Shown piece after piece: positions 12,251-24,404 of a stretch of 64,000 nt of DNA (its first letter is position 1; every line of letters begins with the position of its first letter). The notes beneath the pieces were generated by a model. It saw nothing but the letters and a program-made list of their open reading frames with translations, did no database searches and was not told where the DNA came from. The DNA is from Enoplolaimus lenunculus (Eukaryota): assembly GCA_030248215.1 (NCBI GenBank), contig JASANG010000424.1, forward strand, positions 434,001 through 498,000, read 5' to 3'. Made by a program: the position numbers and the translations under genes.

Positions 12251-14241
12251 TGAAAATAAAATTTCTACTAATATGAAATACTAAAAATAGTATTTAGCAA
12301 GATTTTCCTATGTTTTCCAAATTTAGATTCAAATAAAATTTACTCGAAATGTTCTGAAAACAACGGGTTGTAGAAATTTAAATTGAAATTTAACAAGCAG
12401 ACCCTGAGAGGGACACAAAGACGGAATTCGCATTCGTTGCGTAAATATGAGTTCCGAAATTTTTTGCTAAATTTCGCAGAACAAAACTAATACGCAAGAG
12501 GTGGAAACCAATGAAATCAGGCCGGATATTAAAGATTCCGAAATTCCGCTATAGGTATTCGACAAGTGAGAGACGACCTTCGGAATAATGTCAAAAAACT
12601 AAACGTTTAATTTAGCAACATTTTTCAAAAGTGAAATTGCTTGACAACACACTCCCTTAACGTTCTAAAGGGCTAAAATATTTTTCGAAGGGACATGCGA
12701 AGATTCAATTAACTTAAAAGCGAGACAAATGGCTTAATTATTTCCATTCCTGTGAGTTTGAGATGCAATCGATTTTTCAAAAAATATCCAAACTCACAAG
12801 AAAACTGTTCTGGTGGCGTTTGCCGTTTAGCAATCAACGATGGCACTTCAAACTCAGGATCGATCGCTTTCAACCAACTGATTGCTTCAACCACAACATC
12901 AACTCGGGAACTCGAGTCGCGCCTGTTCAATGCTGGTTCCGTTTCAGCTGAATGCTCTTTGAGCACTTCTAACCATATGTCCCGTGAACGGCTCTATAAG
13001 ATAAAGGTGAAAAATAATTTTTGGCGAATTCTGAAATTTGTTGATTCCCAAGCCGGTGTTTTACAAGTAGGTTGCAAATTTTATGCGCGTTAGCAAACCA
13101 GTGTCATAGCTAAATGTAAGCTACAATCTTAGCATAAAGATAGGTATAAAACTAAACATAACTGTAGTTAAGGTTGTCCTGTCCTGTTAACGGGACTCCA
13201 TTGGAAATTACGCAGTAAAAATTTTGCTGGATAATCCGGCACTTTCAGTAATGAAATTTGTCGAAAATTTCGGTAGTTAAATTTTGCTTCAATTTTGGTA
13301 GTGAATTGTTTTGTCAATTTCGGTAGTGAAAATTTTCAATTTCGGTAGTGAAATTTTTCGTCAATTTCGGTAGCGAAATTTTTCGTCAATTTCGGTAGCG
13401 AAATCTTTGATCAGTTTCGGTACTTAAATTTATCGCCAATTTCGGTAGTGAATTTTGCTTCAATTTCGGGAGTGAATTGTTTTGTCAATTTCGGTAGAGA
13501 AAATTTAAGATTTCGGTGGTGAAATATTTCGTCAATTTCGGTAGCGAAATTTTTCGTCAATTTCGGTAGCGAAATATTTCGTCAATTTCGGTAGCGAAAT
13601 TTTTCGTCAATTTCGGTAGCGAAATTTTTCGTCAATTTCGGTATCGAAATTTTTCGTCAATTTCGATAGCGAAATTTTGCTTCAATTTCGGGAGTGAATT
13701 GTTTTGTCAATTTCGGTAGTGAAAATTTTCAATTTCGGTAGTGAAATTTTTCGTCAATTTCGATAGCGAAATTTTCCCCCGATTTCAGTCGTGAAAACTT
13801 TCAACTTCGGGAGTGAAATTTCTCATCGATTTCGGTAGCTAAATTTTTCTTCAACTCTATAAAGTCTCAAAAGCCCCATCGAGTTCTAAAGTCAAGCTCT
13901 TATAGTCCAGTGGTGAAGGTAAATGCCTCTCACTCGAAGTCTTGGGGTTCGGATCCAAGCATGGCAATAGATTTTAGTTGAACTAGCATAAATTATTTCC
14001 CGAAGCCGTTGTAATAGAACACCTTACACTTGAAATAATCTTAAATTCAGCAAATATTTAAAGTTTTACTTACAACGCATAACGCAACGTCGGCTTGAAT
14101 ATCTGACTGTAACGCCAAAATGATTTGAAATATCATTGGAAATGTAACTAAACAGGCAGTGGTTGAAATTGTACTCAACACAGTGGCTGCAAATGCGAAC
14201 GCTCGCAATTTCATTGAACGTTTCGTTAACTCTTCTTCCAT
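11479..14241 (-). CDS. Nematode cuticle collagen (about 316 aa), 3 exons
   Basis: Exons 14074-14241, 12798-12993 and 11479-12065 are all GT-AG with phases 0 and 1. The protein has an N-terminal hydrophobic Col_cuticle_N segment ([20 protein letters not shown]...C-x-SRSRDIW), a CCTC cluster before the first Gly-X-Y block, a QCPC interruption and a C-terminal GSCQHCPVARLAPGY. Confidence 0.95.
12198..12249. repeat. (ATT)n microsatellite; another at 43549-43611
   Basis: Read directly from the sequence. Confidence 0.95.
13250..13850. repeat. Minisatellite of about 25 bp (AATTTCGGTAGCGAAATTTTTCGTC) in intron 1 of the first collagen
   Basis: More than 20 imperfect units, most homogeneous at 13530-13680. 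Confidence 0.9.
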
Positions 14242-15095
14242 CGTTTCGGATTGGACAATACCTTTTTCTGAGTCGGTGGAGTGACAAGACGGTGTTTTGT
14301 GATTGGGTAAAAGCAGTTTTGAGATGAGATATAAATTGAGATCAGTTGCGATTGGTTACATCATAGTCGTTGCTCGTGTTTTATTGGCTAACAGTTTCAA
14401 AGTGTGATGCTTGTAATTTGCTATTGTAACTTTAAAAGGTCTTTTCACTTTTTTTAAATCATTATACGGCTGTTAGTACTGTTCTGTTAATAGATTATTT
14501 AATTTGGGTGGCGAAAATCAAGAGTACTGAAATTTACAATTTGCCATTATCAAATTTTTGGTTAAAATACGGAATCAAAATCGAATCAATATTACTTGAT
14601 GGTATGATAAATCCAACAACAATACACGTTGTTTCAAAGCTCAAAGATGGTTAATTTCAAACAAAATCAAATTTTGAGCGCTTGCACCAAGAACGCCGCA
14701 TGCCTCTAATATACCGCATAAGATTAAGTCTAGCCCAAGCCATGCCCTAAATCTACTAACTCCAAATCTGCAATATGCTAATCAACAGTTGGAAAAACAG
14801 CAGCACATTATTAAAACCCTATTCGCACGTGGAAGTTTTTGGTGGGAGAACTTGCAGCTGTAAATTGCGCGCAGAACTTGTATTTTTTTATCAGCCAATC
14901 AGAAATCGGCTACAATAAATTTACACAACATCAATGGTTATTCACACATGGGAACTAAATTCCTAGTTATCAATTTTAATGAGTTCTTTGCCGCTGCAAT
15001 TTTTTCAAACGGGATTTTGGACAAAAAACTTGCAAATGCAAGTTATAGCTACAAGTTGCCGAAGCAAAAACTTACACGTGTGAATAGGTCTTTAA

Positions 15096-15464
15096 CCTCT
15101 TCTCACATTGAGTTGCCTATAGGCAACTAAGCGCAGTGTATATACGTTAAATAATGTATATCGTACCGTGTTTAACAATTGCAACACGTATACATAGTAC
15201 TAAATCACCACAAGACGTGAGAGCGCCCTCGGGCTGGAGCGTCAAGCTCCTATAGCTGAGTGGTGATGGTATACACCTCCCGCTCCAGTCACTGGAGTTC
15301 GAATCCTAGCATACCACAAGACGTGAGAGCCCCCTCGGGCTCGAGCGTCAAGCTCCTATAGCTGAGTGGTGATGGTATACGCCTCCCGCTCCAGTCACTG
15401 GAGTCCGAATCCTAGCATAAAAGTAGGTCTCAGGGGTAATACAAAATATACTTGTGAGAAAGGG
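15096..15464 (+). mobile_element. piggyBac-like non-autonomous element with a duplicated tRNA-like Pol III module
   Basis: TTAA on both sides, TIRs CC(C/T)CTTCTCACA / TGTGAGAAAGGG, and internal A box TAGCTGAGTGG plus B box GAGTTCGAATCC. Confidence 0.85.
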
Positions 15465-16514
15465 TTAAATATTTTTAATTTATCGTCATTATGTTGAACA
15501 TTGATTTTGGTTTTCAAACTGGACATACAGCAATAGCTTCGGCCTCGCCATATGGAGTGTCTACAAATTAAAAAATTGAAACCGATCTTCAATGTTCACC
15601 ATAATGACAATAAATTTTTAAAATATTTGAATAATTTTCTGTTATTTTTCCTGCTGACCATATGTGCTCTTACGATAAATATATTAAATCTAGTGTTCAA
15701 AATTTGAATTGAACCTTAGCTTTTCGTGAGCTTCTAAAAATTACGTGACAATATCGTCAACTGGTGATAGGTGCTACACACATTTGGTGATGTCAATTTT
15801 GAACCAAAACAAATTGTGTCGTATACACTAAAATCATGCATTTTAAATCTTTAGAGCATGAAATAAAACTATACATTTAACGTTGTTTATAACTTGTAAA
15901 AACGTACACATTTGCATAAAACTCAGTGACATCGAACTTGATGCAATCCATGATTTGATACCGAGCGGGTAGTAGCAAGCTTTGTTACCACCCATGGATC
16001 AACTAAAGAAGGAATTATATAATCCCTAAAATCCATCAAGTTATACAACGCTAGTATACCTCCCATTTGTTTGGATTTTGGTAAATTTCGGGGGGATGTA
16101 CGTTTCGATCCCCTATTTTTGTACGATCTTGAACTTGGGCGTTTCTAGTGAACAACAATTTCACAAATACAGTTGATCTTATATTTTTTTAAATTTAGAA
16201 ATTTACTTCGCCCAATCTCACTGCCATAAGTTTGTCATTTTGTTTTCTGTTGTAATTTTGTATATATTCATACCTTATTTTAAGTATATTTTGTCGCATA
16301 TTTTGAGTGAAAGTCAAAACTTTTACTACTATACAGTAGAGTATAATCATCAGACCGCGTCTCATCATCGACAAGGTCGCGTTTTATACGAGTTTTAAAT
16401 TTCTTGTTAATCGCCATTACTTTTTCGCTGTTTTTAATTAATCCTTTTTGGTGATTTATTTGTTTTTCATTTTTAAGCAGATGATTTTAACGCAATTTAC
16501 AGTTTAAAGTTTAA

Positions 16515-16752
16515 CCCTTTCTCACATGAATATTTTCTATTTCCCCTGAGACTTAGTGACTGGAGTGGGAGCCGTATACCATCACCACTCAGCTATAGGA
16601 GTTTGACGCTCGAGCCCGAGGGGGCTCTTACGTCTTGTGGTGATTTAGTACTATGTATACGTGTTGCAATTGTTAAACACGGTGCGATATATACTATTTA
16701 ACGTATATACACTGCATTGAGTTGCCTACAGACAACTCAATGTGAGAAGGGG
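16515..16752 (-). mobile_element. piggyBac-like element, internally deleted copy (B box lost)
   Basis: TTAA TSD and the same TIRs and body as 15096-15464. Confidence 0.85.
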
Positions 16753-18623
16753 TTAATTGTCACTCAAAATCAAGGCCAGTCTTCTCAAATAAACATTGAT
16801 TGGGACAATGTATAATAGGACAAGTCTGGTACAAAATCTATAAGCTTCGCTGTTGGCCAGGTTTCAACTGGATACCAAACAATTTCACCAGCTGTTCAAA
16901 ACAAAAATAAATACAAAAAACGGTTTATTACATAAAAAATCAACTATCTTAAATTGCAAAAAAATCAAAGTATCACGACTATTCGTCACCCGACGGAATG
17001 TAATCCGAAATTATGCTTAGGCTTAGACTAAAGCTTATGACTACGCTTAGGATTATACTTAGATTTATTAATATGTTACTGTTGAGCAACAAGGCGCCGT
17101 GTGACGAATTGTCTTAGTTGCAAAAAAATATTGTTCCCGTTGTGACATCTTCAATTACCCAAAACCGTATGTTTCCATTCGGAATGTTGAGTCTAAAACT
17201 AAGAATATAGCCAATAATTATTCTGTTCCGAAGATTCTGAGAAAACGACAAATAGACCACTTTTAAACGGTTTAGGTTACCGGTTAGTTCTCGAAGATCA
17301 GAAACCTATTACCCGCTTGCTACGCTCGTTTCCCAATGAAACCTGTAATATATACACAGCAAAAAATGGTGAGTCAATCGAATTTGACTCTGGCGGAAAC
17401 AAAATTTGACTCAGTTTGTGTAGTCCGGAAAAGCCTATTTCGGAGAGAGTCAATTTGACTCACCATTTTTTGCAGTGTAGAGTTTTGTTTCCCAAAATAA
17501 AATTCAGTCATCCCTTGCTTGCTAGGAAATAATGGAAAACAGAAAATTTGGAAATTTATCACTTTTCTGCGCCCATAATCTCAACTGTGGCTACCGGATC
17601 GATTCTAATCATCAGTTGGTGGTCGGTCGTGTTACTTAAAAACCAGCGAACGAGATAAAACCGCTTTGAGATAGCACATTTTGGTATACAGCAAAAACTG
17701 GTTAGTCAAATTGACTCTCTATCTCCGAAATACGCTCTTCCGGACTGCACAAGTGAGTTTAAAAATTTCGGCTCCGCCAGAGTCAAATTTGACTCACTGC
17801 ACGATTCAATTAGTCAAATGTGACTCAGGCGGAGTCGATTTATGACTCAGTTTGTGTAGTCCAGAAAAGCATATTTCGGAGAGAGCCAATTTCACTCACC
17901 ATTTTTTGCAGTGTACTTGAATTCAAAGCTACTTCTATTCAAGACTATCTGATCAGTATAGATTTCAGTTGGTTGAAATCATATTAGCATGTGTGATAGC
18001 TACTACACCGTAGCTGAGAATAACGAACGGTATTCTTAAATGTGCGTAGCACTTATCACCAGTTAATGATAGGTCTTGTAACTTTCGAACCAGTGCATGA
18101 TGAGCTTTGAAATTTAGCACATTTTACTGCATTTGATTTGCTCTATTTCTCTGCCAATTTTTAGATGCGCAATTGCAAAAGTTCGTCAGTTTAGAAAACC
18201 TATCGCTAAACTGGTGATTGATATTATTCGCATTTGACAATACGAGCCATGGTCCAAAGACAGAATTAAAACGCTATACATATGTGAATACGACTCTACA
18301 CTAAAAATGCTGCAATTAAAGTTAAGTAATTTAATTTTTTTGACGGTTCTTTTAAAATTTCAATTTTGAACGATAGGAAATTTACTGTTTGAAATGTGAA
18401 ATACTATTTTTTTTAATTTTAGAAAAACAAATAACCTGAAAATGATGTAACATTTAAAGAATTTATAGCGTACGACCAATGAGCGTTCTATTATTGGTTA
18501 TCGTAGTATAATTCTATCAAATGATATTAATCGCTCGTAAACTTACATGTAAATCGTATCCGTAACCAATGTATCCCGAAAAAAAATTGCTCCAAACAAA
18601 TACGGACCCCTTCAGATCGAGGT

Positions 18624-21396
18624 CTAGTAGCCTGGGGCCAGTCGAGCAGCTGGACAATGATCGCATGAGCCCAAACCGCCAGGTTCACCAATATCACCAG
18701 GTGGACCTCTGCCGCCAGGACGGCCAGGCCGGCCTTGATTACCTGGGTCGCCTCCTGGTCCTTGATCGCCTGGACCGCCGTCGGTTCCGGGCCGTCCAGG
18801 AGTTCCTGTCTTTCCACGTGATCCTGGCCGGCCTGGTGTTCCTGGAGTTCCTGGCGGGCCGCGATTTTCTGTTTGCGATCCAGGCGTGCCAGGAGGTCCT
18901 TTAAGACCAGGCCGGCCGTCACCACCGGGACCCCCTTTCGGACCTTGCGGTCCAGGGTCGCCTGGTTGTCCTGGTTTACCTGGTTCGCCTTCGTCTCCAG
19001 GCAGGCCTGGTGGGCCCTTAGGACCAGGACCGCCAGGACGGCCTGGATCTGCCTCGCAAGGGCATTGCGGCTGAAATACTGGCGGTTGTACTTCAGCCCG
19101 GGCTGGTTGCCCGTTTTCGCCCGGTCGGCCCATCCGGCCAGGCAAACCAGGACGGCCTTCTTGCCCTGGTGGACCTTCAGGACCGGTTGGACCGCGATGG
19201 CAAGTGCAACCTGTAATAAATCGAAATTTAGGCTGGAAGTTTCGTTGAAATAACAGATTTTAGGATATATCACTTTGAGATATTGGCTGAATTTGTAAAA
19301 TTTTCAAGAAGAACAAAAGATTATAAATTAAAGATTTAAATTTGATGAACTATGACTATGATATATTTGATGCTACAATTTCAGCAATACAGTCTTAGAA
19401 TTTCTGGCCAAACAATGAAATAAACTTAACGGTACGAAACCGTCACAAGACTAGAGATAGGCCCATGAAGAGATCAGGGCGGAACATTTTTCTGTGGGTG
19501 TGGAATAAAGTAAGCTTAACGCTTTCTCACATGAATATTTTCTATTTCCCCTGAGACCTACTTTTATGCTAGGTTTCGAACTCCGGTGACTGGAGTGGGA
19601 GGCGTATACCATCACCACTCAGCTATCGGAGCTTGACGCTCGAGCCTGAGGGGGCTCTCACGTCTTGTGTTGATTTAGTACTATGTATACGTGTTGCAAT
19701 TGTAAAACACTGTGCGATATATTTTATTTAACGTACATACACTGCGCTGAGTTGCCTATAGGCAACTCAATGTGAGAAGGGATTAAGCTTTAGACTAATT
19801 TTTTGCTTATTTTTACGTCATAATATCGCCTATAACTCGTCATACTTAAAATTACTGAGAGCGCAAATAGATTTACAATAAGGCAAGAAGTAGTTTCCGG
19901 GCACAGAATTGATTTCTGTAAGGTCGTCGACATTTTCATTTTTCTGTTCCGGTAGTCGACTATCAACAACGAAGTAGAGTGCAACTGTAACTCTTTCCAT
20001 CAACTTACATCCAAATTCAGGTGTCGCTTGTCGTGTATGCCTAATCAAGCTAGCTCCATCGTATTCAGGATCGGACAGTTTCAATAAATTGAACGCTTTG
20101 CTCAACCCAACCGCTACGTTGTTGCTCGCCATGGACTCTGCTCCGTTCAAGAGTTCGCCGTCTTGAGTCATAACTACCATTTCTTTCCATAATTCACGAG
20201 ATCGAACCTAAAATTTTAAAATCTATAAAGCTGGAATGACATACGTATTTTAGGCAACTTTCCAGCATTTACTTTGTTTACAATATTTTGTTTGAACAGA
20301 AATGTGATTGCTCTGTGAAAAGAAACATTGCATGAAGATTGTAGTGCATTCGCTAACATTTGCGCATTGCACAAAGCCGGCAGATTAGTAGTTATTAATG
20401 CAGCAGTATAATTGCTGCATGATATGATCGAATATTTAGCAAAAAATGTATAACTTGAAACACGGAAATTTACAGCGTACAATTTCAAAAATGTGTTATT
20501 TGTTAAGCTAGAAATAAGCGTAGTTTTTAAGTTATTTTCAACTTAAGCAACAAAAAAATCATATTTCTGGTTTCTTTTATAATATTTTTCGAGAAAAGTT
20601 TGCACCGTTTCATATTACGAATTTGTTATCTGTAGATTTTATAAATAAATAAACAGGCACAGAGATGGATCCTAGCTTTTTCGAAGGAGTGTGACATGCG
20701 AAATCTTTGGGTAACTTGGAATGAAAATGCAGGATCCGGTTACCACTACAATTTAAGTTTAGGGGAGACTAGTTGCCCCTATCACCGGCCCCTTATATCC
20801 GGTAAAGACTTACCTTACAGAACGCAGCTTAAGTATATATATTGGGATACCATAGGAATTTCGGGTTTAGAGCCGATAATGACTCTTTAATAAGAGTGTG
20901 CAACTGGGTCCATTCTGTGTAGTATGCAAGAATGTATCCAGCGCCCATTGCGGTTCACCCACCTTATTTTAAAGGGGGGTACAACTTGTGCGAACTATGG
21001 CACTCATATACGTCATCAAAAACGCTCCGGCTATAGTTTACTTTACGGTTATTACATGTGATAGCGACTCCGCTTTCTAAACAGGGGTTTGGCCAAAAAC
21101 ACAACGCCTGGTGATACATTTTGTACCATGTGGAACCACAAGAGTTGCATACTATTGTACACATGTACTCTTGCCTATATCCGCTTTTTACTTACTTTAC
21201 AAAACGCAGCTTCGGCGTCCATTTCCGCTTGAAGTGATTGAATTGACGTAAAAACCATGGGAAATGTAACAAGGCATGCAGTAACTGCAACAGTACTTAG
21301 TGCAACCGCAACAAATGCTACTAATTTCAGCTGTTGAGTGCGTTGTTGTTGTTGTTGTTGTAATGAAACGATACTTTTTTCATGCCGTTCAGTCAT
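18624..21396 (-). CDS. Nematode cuticle collagen (about 328 aa), 3 exons; tandem paralogue of the 11479-14241 gene
   Basis: Exons 21196-21396, 20009-20207 and 18624-19210 are GT-AG with the same phases as the neighbouring gene. Features include a Col_cuticle_N segment, an RHTR processing site, CCTC, QCPC and a C-terminal [15 protein letters not shown]. Confidence 0.95.
19520..19782 (-). mobile_element. piggyBac-like element inserted into a telomere-MITE within intron 2 of the second collagen
   Basis: TTAA is duplicated at 19516-19519 and 19783-19786, splitting the host MITE sequence GTAAGCTTAA|GCTTTAGACTAATTTTTTGC. Confidence 0.85.
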
Positions 21397-21564
21397 TGCA
21401 ACGCTATTATAATAGTTATTCTAATTAACTAAACTCTTTCACAGAATTAAAATTTTTTAACTAAGTCACAAGTAGGCAATCCGTAGATTGGGATAGAGTC
21501 CCAGACTGTTGAAAGCTGGTATAAATTTTGACTTTCATAGAAAATGAGTCTTCATTGTTACTAA

Positions 21565-21964
21565 GACCCATGTAAAGATCAGGTGCGGAATGTTTTTCTG
21601 TGGGACTAGAAAAGAGCAAGCTGAAGCTTTAGATCAATTTGTTTGCTTGGCTTAGGCTTAGGCTTAGGAATGTGTAAGCTTAAGCTTTAGACTATTTTTT
21701 GCTTAGCTTAAGTTTAGGCTTAGGCTTAGGCTTAGGAATGAGTTCATTTTTACGCTTCGGCTTAGGCTTAGGCTTAGGCTTAGGCTTACAAATATGCTTG
21801 TTCCGCATCTGTTTTTTACATTGGCCGCCTAAGCCTAAGCGTAAGAATGAGCATATTCCTAAGCCCAAGCCTAAGCCTAAGCCAAGCAAAAAATACTCAA
21901 AACTTAAGCTTACTTCATTGCAGTCTCACAGAAAAACGTTCCGCTCCTGATTTTTATATGCACC
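21565..21964. mobile_element. Two telomere-MITE copies in inverted (tail-to-tail) arrangement
   Basis: The plus copy at 21565-21826 ends ACATTGGCC. It is followed immediately by (GCCTAA)n and the reverse-complement 5' half of the same element. Confidence 0.8.
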
Positions 21965-23281
21965 AAAATTGTTTAACTTTACTAAAATAATGACGGTAAA
22001 CTTATAATAGATCTTTAATTCGAGTTCATTTTTGAATACGGGCAGCAAATTCAGTAGCTTTAAATACCAAATTTTTCGCAACCAAGTATTAACTTTTCCA
22101 CAGTTGAAAAATTTGGACGCTAACAGTGCCTAAAGATAAAATATTTGCTTATAAATGTTCTAGAAATGAGAAAAATAGCTAATTATACAATCTTATAATA
22201 ACGCCTTTAGTTAATTCTTAGCGACTGTAACAAGAAGATAGAAACATTGTTTTCAGCTTTGTATATTTCGCTAAATATTTATGTTGTAGTGGTATTTGTT
22301 TGATACATTTGTAACAGTAAAGATTTTAAAATTAACAAATTATTGCTTAATTAGCTACACGTCAAAGCAGTGGCGGTATTTTTGCTATTTTTCAAAAAAA
22401 TTAATTCCGTCGGAGGCACCGGAAGCACCTTTAGAAAGTGTAGTACGCAACAGAGTTTAGGAACCTATTACATTTTACTTCAAACAAGTACTTATACCAC
22501 GTTTTTGCCAACAGCATGTACACTGCAAAAAATGATGAGTCTAATTGATACTCTCCGATATACGCTCTACGGGACAACACAAACTGAGTCAAATTCGACT
22601 CACTTAGTCGCATGTTTGATTCTCGCTGAGTCGAATTGGTCTCAGTTTGTGTAGTGCCGTAGACCCTATTTCGGAGAGAGTTAATTTGACTCAACATTTT
22701 TTGCAATGTACAATTGTCACAGTTGTCGAGCGTTTATTCAATTTTTATTAATTTTTCTCAGAATGGCGCGTAATACACTGCAGAAGACGGGAGAAATATT
22801 AGGCATTTAAAAAGCTGGCAATAAGCTTGTTGGTTTATTTCAAGAAAACCCATTACGTTTTTGCTGGTAACAAAATGCAGTGTGTTTACTGTAGTGACCC
22901 GAATAAGAGGGGGACTGATATATATTTGGCCTTTCCAGAGGGTAGCTACCTTGTTATTCGGTTACGGACTATTATTTATTTTAACCCACGCTCCTCCGTC
23001 CTTCGTCACTGACATATAGAGCTAAATTTTCTTTAAATTGCGTGATCGTTAATTTAAAAAATGAACTTTTTCGGATGGATTGTAGAAAAGTAGAACCCTG
23101 GTAAAATTAACTTCACTCCCCTTGTTTCCAGCAAACCTATTCTTGATCTCCTAGCGTTTAAAATTGCTCACATAGAAACGTAAATTGCATATGTTACATT
23201 TATACTATATATGGGTTAAATGTACTGTTGAATGCACCCCAAAACGCAGGGTACTAATGTGTATTAATGTAAAGACAGCAT

Positions 23282-23345
23282 GGAAGGATGGGCGAGTGGA
23301 TAGAGCGCTTGCCTTTGGAGTCTGACTTCGCAGGTTCGAAGCATG
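23282..23345 (+). pseudogene. Degenerate tRNA-derived sequence (SINE-like); similar relic at about 49100-49165
   Basis: TGGGCGAGTGGATAGAGCGCTTGCCTTTGGAGT...GGTTCGAAGC; no acceptor stem. Confidence 0.4.
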
Positions 23346-24152
23346 GAAAAGTTTGCGATTTTAATCGGTGACGTAATTTTGGTTCAACTTAAATTCAATT
23401 TAAGAGTTCAAAAAGACACTCGAGCAATTTAAGCCGTTTTTTATTTGCCCACATGAGTGAAATTTGGCGTCACAAATTAACTATTCAGGTATACAAACCT
23501 TGGTACAACAGAAACTACAAACTAGTGTAGCCTCCTTAATATAAATAAAAACTATAACGTTTTTATTATGACAATGGCTCACATTTGGCGTTTACGTGTA
23601 TTGTTCGTAAACTTAAGTATTTATTTAAGTCAGCGGCTTAAGTAATTTACTTAAGCATAGCTTAAGGAAATACTTAAGATTTTGGAAACCCAGCAAACAG
23701 GTGTCGTGGCTTATATTTTGCAAATATTAAGAGTATAGATGGTATACCTTCAAATCCGCATTTTTTGCACTGATCTTTGTCAGGCATAAGCTTTCGAACC
23801 GTTTTAAAATTCATACCGGTAAAGTTAATATGCTCAACTTATCGATAGCTATAAAATAGCATCATTTTCGTTATAAATTCCTAGGGGTTTCGATTCGGTT
23901 CTTAAGGGGCTGTTTGTTCAAATTGAACAAGTTCAAATACTGATCGAAAAATTTAAACTGGTCTAAAAACAACTTTATTTAGTTTTGAAAACATTTTTTT
24001 TAACCTTCACATTAAATATTTGCCCAAAATTCCTCAGTTTCACACAATCCGTTGTTGCAAGTTTCAAGGATGGACGCTATATTTGAGTGCAGGCGTGTAA
24101 AAGTTCATCACCGTCCGTCATCGTGCAGTATCGTACGCGATCAATACGTGTA

Positions 24153-24404
24153 CACTGTAAATTTCAGTGAGTTAATTGTAACTCAGAATGAGTTGAATCA
24201 CTCAGTCTGAGTTAGGACTATCAGCACTCAGAATTTTGAGTTGATTCAATTCACTCTGAGTTAATTAATCAACTCACCCAGAGTCAACTCAACTCAGAGT
24301 GATAATCAACGCAACTCAGAGTGAGTTATAGTTTACTGTTATTAACTCAGAAATAACCAACTCGCTAGCTGAATTGATTAATCAACTCATTGAAATTTAC
24401 AGTG
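24153..24404. mobile_element. CACTG-ended MITE family B (about 250 bp; GAGTTGA/TCAACTC and ACTCAGA sub-repeats)
   Basis: TA|CACTGTAAATT...AATTTACAGTG|TA. Copies lie at about 9870-10032, 11150-11398, 24447-24636, 24975-25216, 26872-27132, 27270-27521, 28589-29247, 29538-29783, 30299-30565, 32064-32310, 51617-51710, 52921-53167 and 60473-60724. Confidence 0.85.

Noticed and set aside
13250..13850. CRISPR-like array (also the spaced motif at 33300-33795)
   Set aside because: There are no unique spacers or cas genes, and the context is eukaryotic; these are minisatellite or subterminal repeats.
15248..15312. Functional tRNA genes (also 3284, 13897, 23282, 44219, 58912, 61050)
   Set aside because: A and B boxes are present, but acceptor and anticodon stems cannot be completed, and most lie inside repeats.
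21690..21890. Chromosome end-to-end fusion site (converging TTAGGC/GCCTAA)
   Set aside because: Both tracts are internal parts of two copies of the telomere-MITE, with element sequence between and around them.
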